Shown here piece by piece: positions 35,699 through 45,334 of a stretch of 64,000 nt of DNA. The stretch is from a virus, in the IMG/VR virus record IMGVR_UViG_3300022752_000019, positions 1 through 64,000 of that record. One strand, written 5' to 3'. The position numbers were made by a program, and so were the translations under genes. The notes beneath the pieces were generated by a model. That model saw nothing but the letters and a program-made list of their open reading frames with translations, was not told where the DNA came from and ran no database searches. Positions within the stretch are counted from its first letter, which is position 1; each line of letters begins with the position of its first letter.

Positions 35699-36176
35699 TG
35701 GTTGCCTTCTTTAGTGCACGACGAGTTAGTCCCGCAGAAAGAAGGCCTGCCCCAATAGCCGACAAGCCAGCGGCTGCGTATGGGTTATCCGCGCGCATCT
35801 TTGCAATACGCTGTCTGAGGTCCAGAACTGCACGAGACAACTTGGAGGGCTTGCCTTCCTGTCTCTCGACCTCCCTCAAGCGAGCCGCATCCGCAGCCAG
35901 TTCAGCCTGTTCCTTGCTCAAGCCCGACTTGGTTTTCTTTGACTGATACCCCGAGTAGCCTGCGCCAATCAGGCTCATGATGCCCCCTGCAATGAGCTCA
36001 GGGCCATTCTCTTTTAGAAGAGCGTGACGAATCTTTTCTTTTACAGGAGAAGACGCTGCGACTTTGGTTGTATCCGCCCAAAATTGAACAGCCGCAAGTT
36101 GGCGCTCACGCGGTGATACCGCCCTCCAAATTTCGTCCGGAATCTCGGAATGCGAATGAAGAAATAAGTCTTCCAT
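35685..36176 (-). CDS. putative head cargo protein
   Basis: TKVAAS followed by two Gly-rich hydrophobic helices. Confidence 0.6.
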   Translation of the reverse strand: MEDLFLHSHSEIPDEIWRAVSPRERQLAAVQFWADTTKVAASSPVKEKIRHALLKENGPELIAGGIMSLIGAGYSGYQSKKTKSGLSKEQAELAADAARLREVERQEGKPSKLSRAVLDLRQRIAKMRADNPYAAAGLSAIGAGLLSAGLTRRALKKATNAAN

Positions 36177-36183
36177 GCCGGCC

Positions 36184-36684
36184 TCAGAAGTTGGAGAAGT
36201 AGACGCCATTGATGACGAAGTACTCGGACTCTACACCGCCCCCTTCGAATGCGTACTCCACATTCAGGGAGGACTTCACACGCAGTTTTTTCTGCTCATA
36301 GCTGTTGCGAAGCATCTGAATCCAGCCCAGAAGAAACTGAGACTTGTCGGAGACAGAGACAGAGATGCCGCCGTCCGAGTAGTTCATTTGGTTCCGGAGC
36401 TGGAGAAGTCCAACAGACTCAAGGATGCGGATGACCGCCCCTTCCCGAAGCATGCTGAGAGACGGAAAGTTCTTCAGCCCCACGTTCCCGATAAAGGGCG
36501 GGGTCGAGTTGTAGTCATCGATCGCGTCTACGACAGCCCACGCGATCATTCGATCACTCGTTTCCTCTCCCGAGATGAGTCGGTTGAGCTCGGGGAAGTC
36601 CCGAAGGTAGAGACGGATCACCGCAACGACTTCGTTCATCCGCTTGCTGGCGGATGGGATGGTTGTCGTAGACTCGAAGGACAT
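36184..36684 (-). CDS. putative head-tail adaptor
   Basis: IRLYLRD..YSDGGISVS; downstream of capsid gene. Confidence 0.55.
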   Translation of the reverse strand: MSFESTTTIPSASKRMNEVVAVIRLYLRDFPELNRLISGEETSDRMIAWAVVDAIDDYNSTPPFIGNVGLKNFPSLSMLREGAVIRILESVGLLQLRNQMNYSDGGISVSVSDKSQFLLGWIQMLRNSYEQKKLRVKSSLNVEYAFEGGGVESEYFVINGVYFSNF

Positions 36685-37151
36685 TAGTCACGCTCCTCGT
36701 ACTCATTACCATGCCGGGTCCAGCGCCGCAGCCAGAAGAAGGACTCAGGGCTGACCGCGACCTCTGGGTTGAACAGGGCACGGGAAAGCAGAATCGCAAG
36801 CATCGCCTTGCCCGGCTGCCGTGCGAAGCTGAGCGAAGGAGAGACCTGCTGGCAGAGCTCCAGCAGCTCCTCGCGCTCCAGCGAGCGCAAGTACTCGAGG
36901 GCCTCAGTCGGCGTCATCGGGTTCGCCGCAACCGCAAGGTTGCGAAGCGCGGAGCGACTGGTCGACGTGAGCTTGGGGGGAAGGGTGCGACCAATCCACA
37001 GGTGGGTTCCATGGAGAGCGCGTACCTTGGGCGTGATTTCCGACTCCGGCACGTCTGCAAACTTACCGGGTCGGATGAGCGTGGTGCCCACGCAAATCGC
37101 GGAAGGAGTCGACTCGGTGTTGGGCCGGTCGCTGATGTTGTGGACGATCAT
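36684..37151 (-). CDS. hypothetical virion-module protein
   Basis: Coupled ORF, 155 aa. Confidence 0.65.
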   Translation of the reverse strand: MIVHNISDRPNTESTPSAICVGTTLIRPGKFADVPESEITPKVRALHGTHLWIGRTLPPKLTSTSRSALRNLAVAANPMTPTEALEYLRSLEREELLELCQQVSPSLSFARQPGKAMLAILLSRALFNPEVAVSPESFFWLRRWTRHGNEYEERD

Positions 37152-37696
37152 GCGAGCCTCTCCAGGATGGCGTCAACAAGTTGGGCCTTCGAGAGGCCAG
37201 TTCCATTGCCACCGCCGAGTTCCGCCAGCTTGGTCCGAAGCTCTGCGTTCTTGAGCTCGAGGAGTTCGTCCCGCGATGTCCTCTCCGGTACGGGCTCAGC
37301 GATTGGCTCTGGTGACACGTCGTCCGCCAAGGCACCCGTGACGACTTCGGTCGCTACCTCAGTAGCAACCACAGTCTCCACGATCTGCGGAGGCACCTCT
37401 TCTACGAGGACCTGCGGCTCAGGCTGGACTGATGCCTTTACCATCGCGCGCAGAGCATCCTCCGTAATCTGCTGATACGGGGACGCCGAGAACACGCGCA
37501 GGACGCCACACCGCGTCATCTCGGCGAGGGTCAGAAAGTCTCTGTCGTCAAGGACAGCAGTCTCGACAGTTCGGCTGCGTCGCGGCGGAAGCCTGTGACC
37601 TCCGATCAACGGAGCGGGGATTACGCTGCCGGGGTTGCGGCGACGAATCTCAAGTGTAGACGGCTCTCTGACGACGTTCTGGATGACGATCTTCAT
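37148..37696 (-). CDS. protein with C-terminal Rho-N/HeH-like motif
   Basis: LLELKNAELR..LG..GLSKAQLVDAIL. Confidence 0.6.
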   Translation of the reverse strand: MKIVIQNVVREPSTLEIRRRNPGSVIPAPLIGGHRLPPRRSRTVETAVLDDRDFLTLAEMTRCGVLRVFSASPYQQITEDALRAMVKASVQPEPQVLVEEVPPQIVETVVATEVATEVVTGALADDVSPEPIAEPVPERTSRDELLELKNAELRTKLAELGGGNGTGLSKAQLVDAILERLA

Positions 37697-37715
37697 GTCA
37701 TCTCCTGTGTAAGTG

Positions 37716-37747
37716 AAAAGCCCCGGCCCGATGACCGGACCGGGGCT
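37716..37747 (-). terminator. terminator after major capsid gene
   Basis: AGCCCCGG..CCGGGGCT stem with TTTT on minus strand. Confidence 0.7.
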
Positions 37748-37770
37748 AAAGACCGCCAGGGCCTCAACGA

Positions 37771-38898
37771 TCAGAAGACGTTGATGCTCGGGAAGGTCAG
37801 ACCCTCGGCGACCTTGTTGTTGAGTGCGCCGATGGCGGACTCTTCGACAGGGCGCACGGCCGAACCGCTCGCGTGGGTAGCGTCACCAGGGTAGAGCTCG
37901 AGCTTCACCACCGCAGCGATGTTGCCGAAGCCCATACCGACGTCCATCCAGGCCTGCCAGAAGATTCGGTTCGCCACCTTGTCGATGTAGAACTTCACAT
38001 CGTTCAGGGTGTAGTTGCGGCCGAAGAACTCCGGAGCCGTGAAGACGTAGACGTTCCCCTCGCGGAGAATGTCGTTCTTGATGGTGCGGATGATGCGGAG
38101 GCCGAGGACCTTGTTGTAGGTGTAGCCGTCCAGGGCGGTCTCGCTCTGGAGACGATCACCATAGTCCTCGTGGGTCCACTGGTCGAAATCGTCCGTGTCA
38201 GACTCAGTCATGAGCATGAGCGCGGGACGAAGACGGCCAGCGCGGATGGTCTCCGAGCCGACGACGATCTGGCGCTTGAGGAGCTTCTTGATGTTCACGA
38301 TGTCAGCGCGCTGAATCGCGTACGTCTCGAAGTCCGTTTGCCCACCGCCCGACTGGGTGGCGAGCACGCCCTTGATCTTCGAGATCGACACACCCGTGCC
38401 GACGTAGAATGCAGAGGAGCCGGAGTTGCCCTCAGCCTGCATGGCGTCGATGCAGGACTCAACGTGGTTCAGGAACTCGCGGTCCTTCACCTCGACCATG
38501 TCCTTGAGCGAGTTCTCCTCGATGATGCGCGTGATCGGCATCTCGTAGGCCATCAGCTCCTGCTCAACGATCTCGAACTTGAGGGACGAGATGGTGAAGA
38601 AGCCGATCGCGTACCGCTTGCCGTTCACGTACTCAGCGGTGGGCTGCCCACGGAAGTTGACGGACATCGCCCGGCTGCCCGGCTCAATGTCGACGATCTT
38701 CACGAGGGTGTCGTGCTCGGTGCTGCGCTGAAGGTCGCCACGCACAACACGCTCGTTCGGGACGATCATGTCGGCAAAGCTGGACTCGCGTAGGCGGTCC
38801 TTGATGTAGTTCAGGCTGGCGGCGGCGGTCTTCGTCGGTCCCTCAGTCTCGAGGCGCTCGATGAAGCCCGAGTTCACCATATCGGCAGAGTAGTCCAT
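37771..38898 (-). CDS. major capsid protein
   Basis: 375 aa, extreme codon bias, downstream of protease/scaffold genes, followed by terminator; KTA at residues 23-25. Confidence 0.75.
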   Translation of the reverse strand: MDYSADMVNSGFIERLETEGPTKTAAASLNYIKDRLRESSFADMIVPNERVVRGDLQRSTEHDTLVKIVDIEPGSRAMSVNFRGQPTAEYVNGKRYAIGFFTISSLKFEIVEQELMAYEMPITRIIEENSLKDMVEVKDREFLNHVESCIDAMQAEGNSGSSAFYVGTGVSISKIKGVLATQSGGGQTDFETYAIQRADIVNIKKLLKRQIVVGSETIRAGRLRPALMLMTESDTDDFDQWTHEDYGDRLQSETALDGYTYNKVLGLRIIRTIKNDILREGNVYVFTAPEFFGRNYTLNDVKFYIDKVANRIFWQAWMDVGMGFGNIAAVVKLELYPGDATHASGSAVRPVEESAIGALNNKVAEGLTFPSINVF

Positions 38899-38923
38899 GG
38901 TGTTCTCCTACGGGGCTGGGGGA

Positions 38924-39517
38924 TCAGAACTGGTAGCCGGGCTGGAACAGCACGGTGGCGTCGTTGGTGCCGTGGACCTGGAGGATGGTCCCGGCGTACC
39001 AGGAACCAGCCGTCGGAGCAGGGGCCGTCGTAGCTGCGTCTGCGGCAGAGGCCGACACCAGCGCAGAGACCAGGCGACCGTTGGCATCCTCGCAGATGTA
39101 CACGTACACCTGCTCACCCTCGTCGCCCGTGTCGCAGACGATCATCTTCGTCCGGAACTCAAAGCCAGAGGGGCCAGTGATGCAGTGCGCCTTGCGGGTC
39201 AGCTGGGCGTCGTAACGGCCGCGCTCCTGGAAGTACAGGAAGCAGGGACGGGACGCAGCAGCGTTCTGTGCGTCATTTACGATCGAGAGGGCCGATGCCG
39301 CGCCAGACCCGGTGACTGCGCCAGAGGCGAGGCTGCGCGTGAACTTGCCGCCAGACATCTGAAGCCACTCACCCTCCTGGAGAGGATGTGCGACGTCAGG
39401 GTTGAACACGTTCATCGAGGCGCTGCCCTCGACGTTCGCGCTCGCCTGGAAGGCCAGGTCACGCGTGTAGAGGGTAGAGTACCCAGGGTTCAGGATGGTA
39501 ACGAACTGACCAGCCAT
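38924..39517 (-). CDS. putative capsid decoration protein
   Basis: Immediately upstream of capsid gene, high codon bias. Confidence 0.5.
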   Translation of the reverse strand: MAGQFVTILNPGYSTLYTRDLAFQASANVEGSASMNVFNPDVAHPLQEGEWLQMSGGKFTRSLASGAVTGSGAASALSIVNDAQNAAASRPCFLYFQERGRYDAQLTRKAHCITGPSGFEFRTKMIVCDTGDEGEQVYVYICEDANGRLVSALVSASAADAATTAPAPTAGSWYAGTILQVHGTNDATVLFQPGYQF

Positions 39518-39529
39518 GGTTGTCTCCGT

Positions 39530-39898
39530 TCATTCGCCAGTGAGGCAGAAAGAGGTGAGGGGGTCGAGGGCCGATGATCTACCCGGGCGATCGGATGGAT
39601 CACCAATGCGGATGGTACCCGCACTCGCCATCTTGACAGCCTCTCTGACATTCTCGAGCTGCGCATGACCCCTGAGATGCGCAACCTTCTCTTCGAACGT
39701 CATGTGAGCATTCAAGCCCTTTTCCTCCATCTCCCGCGCGAGCTCAGCTACCTGAGAGTCGCGGGCGATGGAGGCAAGCTTTGTGCGGAGCTGGATGTTC
39801 TCCTGCTCAAGACTCGCGACCTTTTCGGTCAGCGAGCGAATGACCGTAGCACTCTTCGCGGAGACTACAGCCAGTTCTGCACTACCGATCTTTAGCAT
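39530..39898 (-). CDS. putative scaffold protein
   Basis: Coiled coil with KVAS, KLAS, KVAH, KMAS. Confidence 0.5.
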   Translation of the reverse strand: MLKIGSAELAVVSAKSATVIRSLTEKVASLEQENIQLRTKLASIARDSQVAELAREMEEKGLNAHMTFEEKVAHLRGHAQLENVREAVKMASAGTIRIGDPSDRPGRSSALDPLTSFCLTGE

Positions 39899-39912
39899 TG
39901 CAGTCCTCGCGG

Positions 39913-41043
39913 TCAGAACTTTCTCAAGAGTTGATTCAGGCGGGCTTGCCTGGCTTCCTCTTCTGTATGCACTGGCGAAGATGCAATCTTCGCATGGAGC
40001 GATTGTAGCGAAGAACTCATGCCTTCGCAAACCCCAATTAGTGCTTCCTTGACATGACTGCCGAGGGCGCCACTATCAATGGCATCAAAGAGGACGGAGT
40101 ACTCAGCCAAGGATGCCTCCTTTACTCCTTTGAAGCCAATTCCAAACGGATAAAAGCCATCGTCCATGGCATTGATGGCCCGTACCTGCGCAGGGTCAGT
40201 GACAAACTCCGGGGGGTTGAAAGGCAGCCCTGCTTTGTTCATCCTGCGTGCATGGCCTCCTACCCCTCCAGCTACTGCTCCTATAGCGCCACCGGAGAGT
40301 GTCCTCAGACCCACTTTCCGCTTTCCCGTCACTGGGTCCTTTTTCTCCGACGCGTATCCGGCAGCTGCGCCAAGTGCGCCGCCAGCAGCATGCTCAGCCA
40401 ACTGCGCCTTGATCTGACCTGAAATGGATGCCATTTTGGTGCTCCTTGCAGAAGGATGGCAGTCATTGCCACCCAGTGCGCCGCCAGCCTCTTTGGTTGT
40501 ATCAAAAGGGGGTTTCTTTCCCTGTTTGAGGCTTTCTTCTACCCTGCTTAGCTTCTTGTCGAGGGAGGGCAATCCGATGCCGAAAGGAGCAAACTTTAAC
40601 TTATCCTCGTTGATACTTCTCTTTAAGTTATTCAGGATGCGCAAATCGTCGGAGAGTTGACTCCGTGACGGAGGATTATACCCGACCCTTCCCCGGATAT
40701 CGCTCAGCTTACGCCACAACGATGACTCCAACATTCCAGCGCGGGCATCATCAGGATCGAAGCCCTCTCGTCTAGCCCTAAAGTATACCTGGTAGTCGTC
40801 TGGGGATAACGACCCGTAATACCTCTTGTTTCGGAGGACTCCTCCAGTAAGAAGTCCTCCGAGCGTCCCGCCTGCTCCGCCTACAAGTGTTCGCGCGCCT
40901 ACCCTACGCTTTCCTGTCTTTTCGTCTTTTTTCTCCGAAAGATACCCGGCACCGCCACCCAAAGCCGCGCCTACCGCGGCCTCGGTAGCCGGCGTCAAAT
41001 ACCTCGAGAGATCGCCCATCCCGTGGGCTAACGACGGAGACAT
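39913..41043 (-). CDS. head cargo protein with two glycine-zipper modules
   Basis: GAALGGGAGYLSEKKD..GKRRVG and GGALGAAAGYASEKKD..GKRKVG; KEAG, KMAS, KEAS, KIAS. Confidence 0.7.
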   Translation of the reverse strand: MSPSLAHGMGDLSRYLTPATEAAVGAALGGGAGYLSEKKDEKTGKRRVGARTLVGGAGGTLGGLLTGGVLRNKRYYGSLSPDDYQVYFRARREGFDPDDARAGMLESSLWRKLSDIRGRVGYNPPSRSQLSDDLRILNNLKRSINEDKLKFAPFGIGLPSLDKKLSRVEESLKQGKKPPFDTTKEAGGALGGNDCHPSARSTKMASISGQIKAQLAEHAAGGALGAAAGYASEKKDPVTGKRKVGLRTLSGGAIGAVAGGVGGHARRMNKAGLPFNPPEFVTDPAQVRAINAMDDGFYPFGIGFKGVKEASLAEYSVLFDAIDSGALGSHVKEALIGVCEGMSSSLQSLHAKIASSPVHTEEEARQARLNQLLRKF

Positions 41044-41083
41044 AGGGACCTGCTGCCGAGAGGATCAGTCAAGTTAGGCGCCT

Positions 41084-42049
41084 TCAAGATTTCTGTTTTG
41101 TGCGGCGATTAGCGTCCTTGCGCTTCTTTAGGTAGTACCCTCCGCCGAGCGCAGTCGCGGCAGCGGTGCCACCCAGAAGCTTACCCTTATGTTTCGAGAG
41201 GAATGACGGGACTTCCTGCGCGGGTTCGGCAGCAGGAGGTGCCTTACGCGACCTCATCTCTGAAATCTTTTTCTTGAGCGCAGAGAACATCTCTTCCATC
41301 TTTTGGGTGTTGAGCCGCGTAGGACCGGCCTGCCCACTGCTGGCGATCTTCAGATTTCCGCGTGCCGCAGCTTGAGGGAAGATCTGAGCAGCAGTCGCAT
41401 CCCCAAGGGTATCGTTCGTATGAGCAAACGCCTCGGCAAGACGGGCGCGCGTACTCTTCTTCAGCTCTCGCCGATTGGCATTGACCGGACCCTCGTTGGT
41501 GTGGAGAGTCTTGCGGTACGTCGAGTTCTCGTTGGCAGTGCCAACACCCGCCATCGTCTCGGAATCGTGCTCGGCAGGACCACCCGCAGCGGCAGTCTTG
41601 TTGCCCATCAGCACGTCGTAGAGAGACTGACCTCCCGCCTGCTTGAACGACTCCAGTAGCGCCTTTTCGCCATCCTTGGTCGCCGCAGAAACCGTGCTCT
41701 GTGCGGGAGAGTTGCCTCCGACCAGCCCCCTCGGAGCAAGCTTGGTCTTGCCCTCTGAGGGAGCGACACCCTGAGTGCCAGAAGCGGAGGTCGGACCCTG
41801 CGCAGGGCTGGAGGCAGTTGCGCTCTTGTAGAAGTCGCGGATCATCTCCTGGCGAAAGGCGGCGACGGTGTCGTTGCCAGAGGCAGACAGAGAGATGAAC
41901 TCCAACGCGCTTGCGACTTCTTGTGCTTCCTTGATCAGCGAGGACTCGGTCCGAAAAGCGGAAGCTGACTTTTCTGTTTCGACAGGAGAGTGGGCCCGGG
42001 CACGAGCAGCCTCGAGGGCCTGATCAATCATGCTTCTGTAGTTGCTCAT
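41084..42049 (-). CDS. putative internal head protein
   Basis: KSAS, KSAT, KTAA, KIAS; C-terminal Gly helix and basic tail. Confidence 0.7.
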   Translation of the reverse strand: MSNYRSMIDQALEAARARAHSPVETEKSASAFRTESSLIKEAQEVASALEFISLSASGNDTVAAFRQEMIRDFYKSATASSPAQGPTSASGTQGVAPSEGKTKLAPRGLVGGNSPAQSTVSAATKDGEKALLESFKQAGGQSLYDVLMGNKTAAAGGPAEHDSETMAGVGTANENSTYRKTLHTNEGPVNANRRELKKSTRARLAEAFAHTNDTLGDATAAQIFPQAAARGNLKIASSGQAGPTRLNTQKMEEMFSALKKKISEMRSRKAPPAAEPAQEVPSFLSKHKGKLLGGTAAATALGGGYYLKKRKDANRRTKQKS

Positions 42050-42057
42050 GGGGACCT

Positions 42058-42342
42058 CTACTCGACAGGAGGTGGCGCTGGAGTACCGACGAATCCCGTG
42101 GTACCCGCAGTGATGGTTGAAGATGGATTTGTGACTGATCTACTCGTGCCGGTCGTCATCGGTTTCCCGGGACCAGCAGCCTGAAAGCGGGCGAGATTTT
42201 GTCCGGATGCACGGAAAGGCTTCGCGAGTCCTGGAGGAGTAATTCCATTTGCCGTCCCTGGAACACGGAGTCCGTCGGACTGGCTGTTGGACGAAAGTTT
42301 GATCATTTCATCCAGGAAAAAACTCCATACTGTCTCACGCAT
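42058..42342 (-). CDS. small putative head protein
   Basis: FFLDEMIKLSS leader. Confidence 0.65.
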   Translation of the reverse strand: MRETVWSFFLDEMIKLSSNSQSDGLRVPGTANGITPPGLAKPFRASGQNLARFQAAGPGKPMTTGTSRSVTNPSSTITAGTTGFVGTPAPPPVE

Positions 42343-42384
42343 GGCACCGCCTCCGAGTATTCAAAGACGGTGCCATGCTCGTCA

Positions 42385-43674
42385 TCAGACGTCGTAGCCT
42401 GCGTCCGCAAGCAGCCGAAGTGCAACCTCGTTCACGGCGTCGTCGTAGTCATACGCCGAAGACCGCTTCTCCTGGCCCTTCTTCCTGCGATCGTACAGCT
42501 TCTTGCCGCCGTAGGCGAGGCCGGTGGCAGCGACGGCCGTGCCGCCGCGAGCGCCGAGGATCTGACGCGCACGCTTTACCTTGTCCGGATCAAGGTCCTT
42601 GCCGTCCAACTTGCCATAGGCGGACCGGAAGAGACCTGGACCGTCCTTACCCGCGTCGAAGCCTTCGCCCTTCATGGCACTCATGTACGACCTGCCATAC
42701 CCCTTGATCTTATCCATGATGCCTTCCTTGGCATCGGCCGCAGCCTTGGGGTCCTCTGCTGCGATCTTCAGAAGCGCGTCGACCTCCATCTCGGTGAAGC
42801 CGGAACGCTTCTCCTGACCCTTCTTCCTACGGTCGTACAGCTTCTTGCCGCCGTAGGCGAGGCCAGTGGCAGCGACGGCCGTGCCGCCGCGAGCGCCGAG
42901 GATCTGACGAGCACGCTTGACCTTATCCGGATCAAGATCCTTGCCGTCCAACTTGCCGTACGCGGACCGGAAGAGGCCCGGACCATCCTTACCTGCTTCG
43001 AAGCCCTCACCCTTCATGGCGCTCATGTACGACCTGCCGTATCCCTTGAGCTTGTCCATGATGCCTTCCTTGGCATCATCCGCGGCAATCTTGTCAATCT
43101 CATCGGCGTAGGCGCGGGCCATGTGGCGACCCAGAATCTCTGCCTCGGCAAGCTTTTCCTGGGCGTCAGCTACCTTGTCCGTGGCGCTTTCGTCGCCGAG
43201 TTGCAGCGGAAGCACGTTCTCGACGTAGTGCTCGAAGAGCGCGGCGACGTCCTCTTCATCCATCTCCGAGAGATCGATACCCTCGGCAGATGCCGTCTTC
43301 TGGAAGAGATTAACGACCTCGTTGGATGCCGCTTCCTTTTCGGAGCCCTCAATCTGCTCCGGAAGCACATTCTCGACGTAGTGCTCGTAAAGAGCAACGA
43401 GCTCTTCCTCGCTCATCTCATCCAGGTCGATGCCTTCGGCGGCAGCGGTCTTCTCAAACAGTGCAACAATCTGCTCGTCCATGGCGGATGCCTCTTTCTT
43501 GGTGGAAGGTTGGGAAATGAACTGAGTGAACAGAGAACGGACCTGACCCTGGCTCAGGTCATCGAGATTGACTCCCTCTGCGGCAGCGGCCTTTTCGAAA
43601 AGGCGCACAGCGGCAGCTTTTTCGAGGTCCTCGGTCGTGACGCCCCGTACTTCAAGCTCCCGGAGGAGTGACAT
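42385..43674 (-). CDS. putative scaffold/core protein with internal repeats
   Basis: 3x LF(E/Q)K(A/T)A(A/S)AEG(I/V)(D/N)L units and 2x about 90 aa C-terminal module. Confidence 0.7.
   Translation of the reverse strand: MSLLRELEVRGVTTEDLEKAAAVRLFEKAAAAEGVNLDDLSQGQVRSLFTQFISQPSTKKEASAMDEQIVALFEKTAAAEGIDLDEMSEEELVALYEHYVENVLPEQIEGSEKEAASNEVVNLFQKTASAEGIDLSEMDEEDVAALFEHYVENVLPLQLGDESATDKVADAQEKLAEAEILGRHMARAYADEIDKIAADDAKEGIMDKLKGYGRSYMSAMKGEGFEAGKDGPGLFRSAYGKLDGKDLDPDKVKRARQILGARGGTAVAATGLAYGGKKLYDRRKKGQEKRSGFTEMEVDALLKIAAEDPKAAADAKEGIMDKIKGYGRSYMSAMKGEGFDAGKDGPGLFRSAYGKLDGKDLDPDKVKRARQILGARGGTAVAATGLAYGGKKLYDRRKKGQEKRSSAYDYDDAVNEVALRLLADAGYDV
42464..43076 (-). repeat. near-identical direct repeat (about 270 bp x2) inside CDS
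   Basis: About 42464-42735 and 42805-43076 both encode DAKEGIMDK..GQEKRS. Confidence 0.9.
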
Positions 43675-45334
43675 GGTATCTCTCGGTGTGTGAGGAAACG
43701 GTTGGAGGGGCGTCTTCGGGAGCGTGTCCCTCAGCCTGCTGGCTCAATCCTAATCTAAGACCCGGCCAGTAGGCAACATGTAGCATGATGTTTGATAGCG
43801 CAACAGAGTCGTCAGCGACTTTTACATCATCGCCAATGTTGTCCGTAAACGCGGCAGGAAGGCTAACCGCTGCCAGATCTGGCTTCTTGTCTACAAGGCC
43901 CAGTCTATACATGTTGTACAGATCTGCAATCTCGTCCAGACCTTCAACCTCTTGTTCTTGCGGAAGCGGAAGAGCGGAGGAGTTTTTAATCATCCGAATC
44001 CGAATTGCAGCGGGCGCAAATGACCGCTGCTCAAGGAACGGACTCAGTAGCTCCATTACGGACTGCATGGCATCCTGCGGCACGAACGATGTCGCGTCGA
44101 ATGGAGAGGATGCCATACGGATTGGCCGGGGCGCAAACACGCAGTTGTTCTCGTAGAGATCATTTGCTAAATCTGGGTCTTTGCGAAGCAAAATAACCCG
44201 CATGAACTCACGAGGGCGAAGAATGAACCCAAGCCGGGCGGCTGCGCGAATGTTCGGACCTGGGTTGAGGGCCAGCGCGTCGAGGACATCGCGCGGCAAC
44301 ATTGGCAGACTCTCCTCTTCCTTGCGAAGGAGGCTCATCTGCGCGGGCGACGGAGCCGGGATGCGCTTCAGCATCTCAGCAACTTTGGAGAACCCGGCTT
44401 CCTTTTCTGTATGGAGATGGGGTGTATCTGCCTGAACTTCTGACGCGGATGCGATCTTCATCCCCATTGGTTGAAATGGGTAGATCGTCTGCGTGTACGC
44501 GTTGGAGCCGGACATCATCGGGGTGACGTTGGACATCACCTTTGCCGACCTCTCTGCTCCGACGAACACGAAGGAGTCATCGAAGAATCGGGGGTAGTCG
44601 TTGTAGACTCCGCACACTCTCCCATCCGGCAACATGGCCTTCATACCGTAGGGAGGGGCTGCTCCGCGCTGAACGTGCTTGCAGTACTCCATGGGAGTAC
44701 GCGCAATGAACCCACAGATCGAACAGCGATCATAGGGCACCTTGCTGCCCATACTCGAGTCTGGAAACTCTCCGTTCTCGATTCTTGAGTAGAGATCGAG
44801 CGCGCCCTGTTCCGCGCACATGCTTCGGATCAACTCGGAGACCAGAATGACGCGCTTCATGCGGTCATCCCAGAAGGCTCCGAGAATGAAGCCGTACGCC
44901 TTGTTCGGATCCTTATTTATGTGGTGCCGAAAACGATGCGCGTTGTAAAAGGTGGGGTATCCCCAGGTCAGAGATCCCCACCGAGGCAGTGCCTCAGTCT
45001 GGTTTGCAGCACGCCTCCTGGCATCGACGTCCCAAACAGGGATCTGTTCGAAACCCGGAGGAGTTCTTCTAAGCCCAGCTTCGGTGAACCAGTCACCTCG
45101 AAGATTGAACCCGACGTACTCTCCAGCACCCAGCGCCGAGTTCACGAGGTAGAGTCGACCCGGCTGGGCCTGGATCGACTCGATGAGCTCGATAACTTCG
45201 GGAAGATGCTCTCCGGAGGCAGTCTTGGAAAGACCATCGGTCTCTCCAAGGCCGTAAGACGATCCAGGCTCCACTCGATGAATGAGTGGAGCACCGGAAT
45301 CTGCTTTGCCGGAGAATAGAGAGTACTTCTCCAT
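43652..45334 (-). CDS. prohead (capsid maturation) protease with Zn finger
   Basis: NLRGDWF, FRHH, DSSMG, CSICG..YCKH, FFDDSFV..GA; heads the capsid cluster. Confidence 0.7.
   Translation of the reverse strand: MEKYSLFSGKADSGAPLIHRVEPGSSYGLGETDGLSKTASGEHLPEVIELIESIQAQPGRLYLVNSALGAGEYVGFNLRGDWFTEAGLRRTPPGFEQIPVWDVDARRRAANQTEALPRWGSLTWGYPTFYNAHRFRHHINKDPNKAYGFILGAFWDDRMKRVILVSELIRSMCAEQGALDLYSRIENGEFPDSSMGSKVPYDRCSICGFIARTPMEYCKHVQRGAAPPYGMKAMLPDGRVCGVYNDYPRFFDDSFVFVGAERSAKVMSNVTPMMSGSNAYTQTIYPFQPMGMKIASASEVQADTPHLHTEKEAGFSKVAEMLKRIPAPSPAQMSLLRKEEESLPMLPRDVLDALALNPGPNIRAAARLGFILRPREFMRVILLRKDPDLANDLYENNCVFAPRPIRMASSPFDATSFVPQDAMQSVMELLSPFLEQRSFAPAAIRIRMIKNSSALPLPQEQEVEGLDEIADLYNMYRLGLVDKKPDLAAVSLPAAFTDNIGDDVKVADDSVALSNIMLHVAYWPGLRLGLSQQAEGHAPEDAPPTVSSHTERYHVTPPGA

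Noticed and set aside
42199-43671. 490 aa + strand ORF with internal repeats
   Set aside because: Mirror of the repetitive minus-strand gene 42385-43674.
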